This document shows positions 61,782 through 64,000 of a DNA stretch of 64,000 nucleotides, one piece after another (the first letter of the stretch is position 1; every line of letters starts with the position of its first letter). Origin of the DNA: Squalus acanthias. Lineage: Eukaryota. Below the pieces are notes generated by a model. That model saw only the letters and a program-made list of their open reading frames with translations, did not search any database and was not told the origin of the DNA. The stretch covers positions 123,258,001 to 123,322,000 of the forward strand of contig CM059431.1 in assembly GCA_030390025.1 (NCBI GenBank), in the 5' to 3' direction. Both the position numbers and the translations under genes were made by a program.

Positions 61782-63519
61782 TGTACGGGGTTTTGTGTCG
61801 TGCTTGTATCTCAGACAGTGCTGGTGCGAGGTTAGGCCTTCGTTGCCTAATACTATTGCTTGCTCTGGTCTCCGGCCAGCCTTGTTGCAATAAGCACCTG
61901 TGAGTGGTTCAACCCACTCGCCCTTACGGTTCTAACACTGGACTTAGGTGCGAGAGCAGTAATGCAGAGAAAAACTCAAATAGACCCGGTTGAATAGTAC
62001 GAAATGGAAATCTTTATTGCATAGCGTCCAAAATCATGAAGTACATGTCATAGGTGCAAATTAACGAGAGTACAAGTATACATACATTCATAAAGCTTGG
62101 TCTATGGTAATGAAGAACGCACGGCACATCGTAAAAAGGGGAACACATTATACTTTATCCTTAATAAAACCACCCTCCCCTATCAATACCTACACTACAT
62201 CTAGATTTGTAGGATAGGGAAACATGCTCACCACTCGTGATACTTCGGAGAATTTTAAAGTGAGGCACTCGGCTCGTTTCGCTGCAGCGCCTGACTGTCA
62301 CGTGTTTGGAGGGGTCTCTGTACCCCACTTGTTTATCTTCGCTGCTGCGGCAAGCAGGCTGGGCTCCCCGTTGTCATGAAGAAACTCGACAGCACTCGGG
62401 CCCGGCTGTAGAATTCAAAGAAAAGTCTTCCTGTACCGACACCAGTTGTCGGTAGAATTCAAAGAAGAGTCTTTAACCGGTTCGTGCAGTAACTTGTAGA
62501 GTTCAAGAAATGGGTCGTATATTTTCGGGCGCGGGCGGGGTTTACTGACCGCGGCGGCACGTGGATTCTTCTTCTTCTCTTGTCATTTCGTCTTGTCTTG
62601 TTGGGCCTTCGGGTCCAAACACCGTTTACCGACTCTTGGGATGGTGCACCCGGTCACTGGCCTTCGTCGAGGCGACTCGTTCCAATTGAGCCCCACCCAA
62701 CATTCGAATAACCGTCCAGTGCGGCTAAAGTCCAGAGTCAACAGAGTCCAGAGAAAACACAGAAGGCTGCTCGTCCAGCAGAGCGATACCCGAGGATCGG
62801 AATGGGAGAATAAAAGTTCAGCCCGAGTCAAGAGTCCGCAGAGATAAGAGAGTCAAGCGAATAAGAGAGCGATGGACATTTGTTCACTATAGTTATAGTA
62901 CTGTGTTCCCTTATCTCCCGCCCAAATCTTAATGTTTGTCCTTTGTGAAATATTGGCGCTCAAAACTCCCAGCATGGGGTGATTCTTGTCTTTAACGGGT
63001 TTCGGTAGCACCTGAGACTGGCCAACTACCCGTTAATGTTTTCCCCATTGTTGGCCCAGCCAGGATCGTATGAATCGTCTCCCTGACTGGTTTTGGGGGC
63101 CCCCGAATACTTGTTTAATCACCCGAGAATGGCTCTCTCATTGTAGAGCCGTGGGGGTATTTGTATTTTGATGTGTCTGGATGGGCCTTCGATTGCCCAG
63201 TACAATGGTCCTTACTTGTGCATGGAAAACGATTCCAGCACTCATATCTTTTGCTATTGTCACAAATGCAAACAGGTTGCATCCTGTCTTTATCAGTGCT
63301 TATCGAGTATGATCCCGTCTTATTTTTAAAAATGTTTATTCGAACGCCATCTTGTCTGCCCACTGTACTTCTGGAAGCTTCTGCCACGATGCTCGGCGGC
63401 CATTTTTTTACAGGCTTCTGTGTCCTTTATATCATGACAGCATTTTGTTTAAATAAACTGATCAAACGAATCTGCTTCTATCTTGTTATTTCGAATCGCG
63501 ATAATTGCGAAACTTTACA
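61782..63519 (-). mobile_element. Probable solo LTR (1738 bp)
   Basis: TGTA...TACA termini with TSD TATT. On the minus strand: CCAAT (62952-62956), TATAAC (62892-62897) and AATAAA (62013-62018). CpG-rich relative to the flanks. Confidence 0.6.
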
Positions 63520-64000
63520 TATTGTTCTAATTGGTGAGTCACAACTCCTAATACCTGAGAGTGTCGATTCTTACTTAGAGATGTAGGTAAGTAAAGTACC
63601 TGAGAAAACAGTGAGAAAATCCTGTTTGGTAATTACTATAAGCTACTGGAGTATCCTATGTCTCTTGTGGACTATTTTGTTCAGTCTTCAAAAGTGGAGG
63701 AGAAGCACAACAGACTTGTTTCTTAACTTAATATATCGAGTGAGTTTATTAAACAGCAAACTAATTAACAATCTATAGTGATATCATACAGTCATGTTTA
63801 CAGTAGTCAATATTTTATCTAACTACTTGAGTAGACAAAATAATAAGTCATAATCTGATACTAAGCCTTCTAATAAATGTAGTCCTTTTTATTTTTACAA
63901 TCTTTTTTAAATTCAGGAGTTAGCTGATCTACCTCATCAACTCATCAAACAGATCCAGCCAATTAAATACTGGCTGCCATGGTGTGTTTCTATTTTTCAT

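Noticed and set aside
62406..62515. CRISPR-like repeat-spacer array
   Set aside because: Only three short degenerate repeats, no cas genes, and a vertebrate LTR-like context.

Overview
Eukaryotic, repeat-dominated window with no recognisable host protein-coding exon. It is most probably cartilaginous fish (shark), judging by SacSINE1/DeuSINE-like SINEs, shark-type CR1 and L2 LINEs and Penelope-like elements. The dominant system is PIF/Harbinger DNA transposons: three end-to-end two-gene elements (5098-9125, 24457-29079, 48654-52441), a truncated copy fused to another family's Myb gene (41192-45940), deletion derivatives and about 15 MITEs. Each autonomous-type copy has a HARBI1-like DDE transposase converging on a three-exon Myb/SANT plus coiled-coil gene; all are pseudogenised. 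Main observations: (1) a tRNA-headed, apparently ORF1-less LINE with its own deletion-derived SINE; (2) a palindromic Harbinger target preference with a variable 3-bp TSD, including two hits at the same L2 codon; (3) MITEs carrying promoter-like motifs and clusters of strong splice donors; (4) a 144-bp local templated capture into a MITE; (5) minimal hammerhead ribozymes in Penelope termini, including a 145-bp retrozyme-like unit; (6) a 1.74-kb probable solo LTR with a long predicted R region and 44-nt-periodic repeats. All family names come from recognising motifs by eye, not from database searches.
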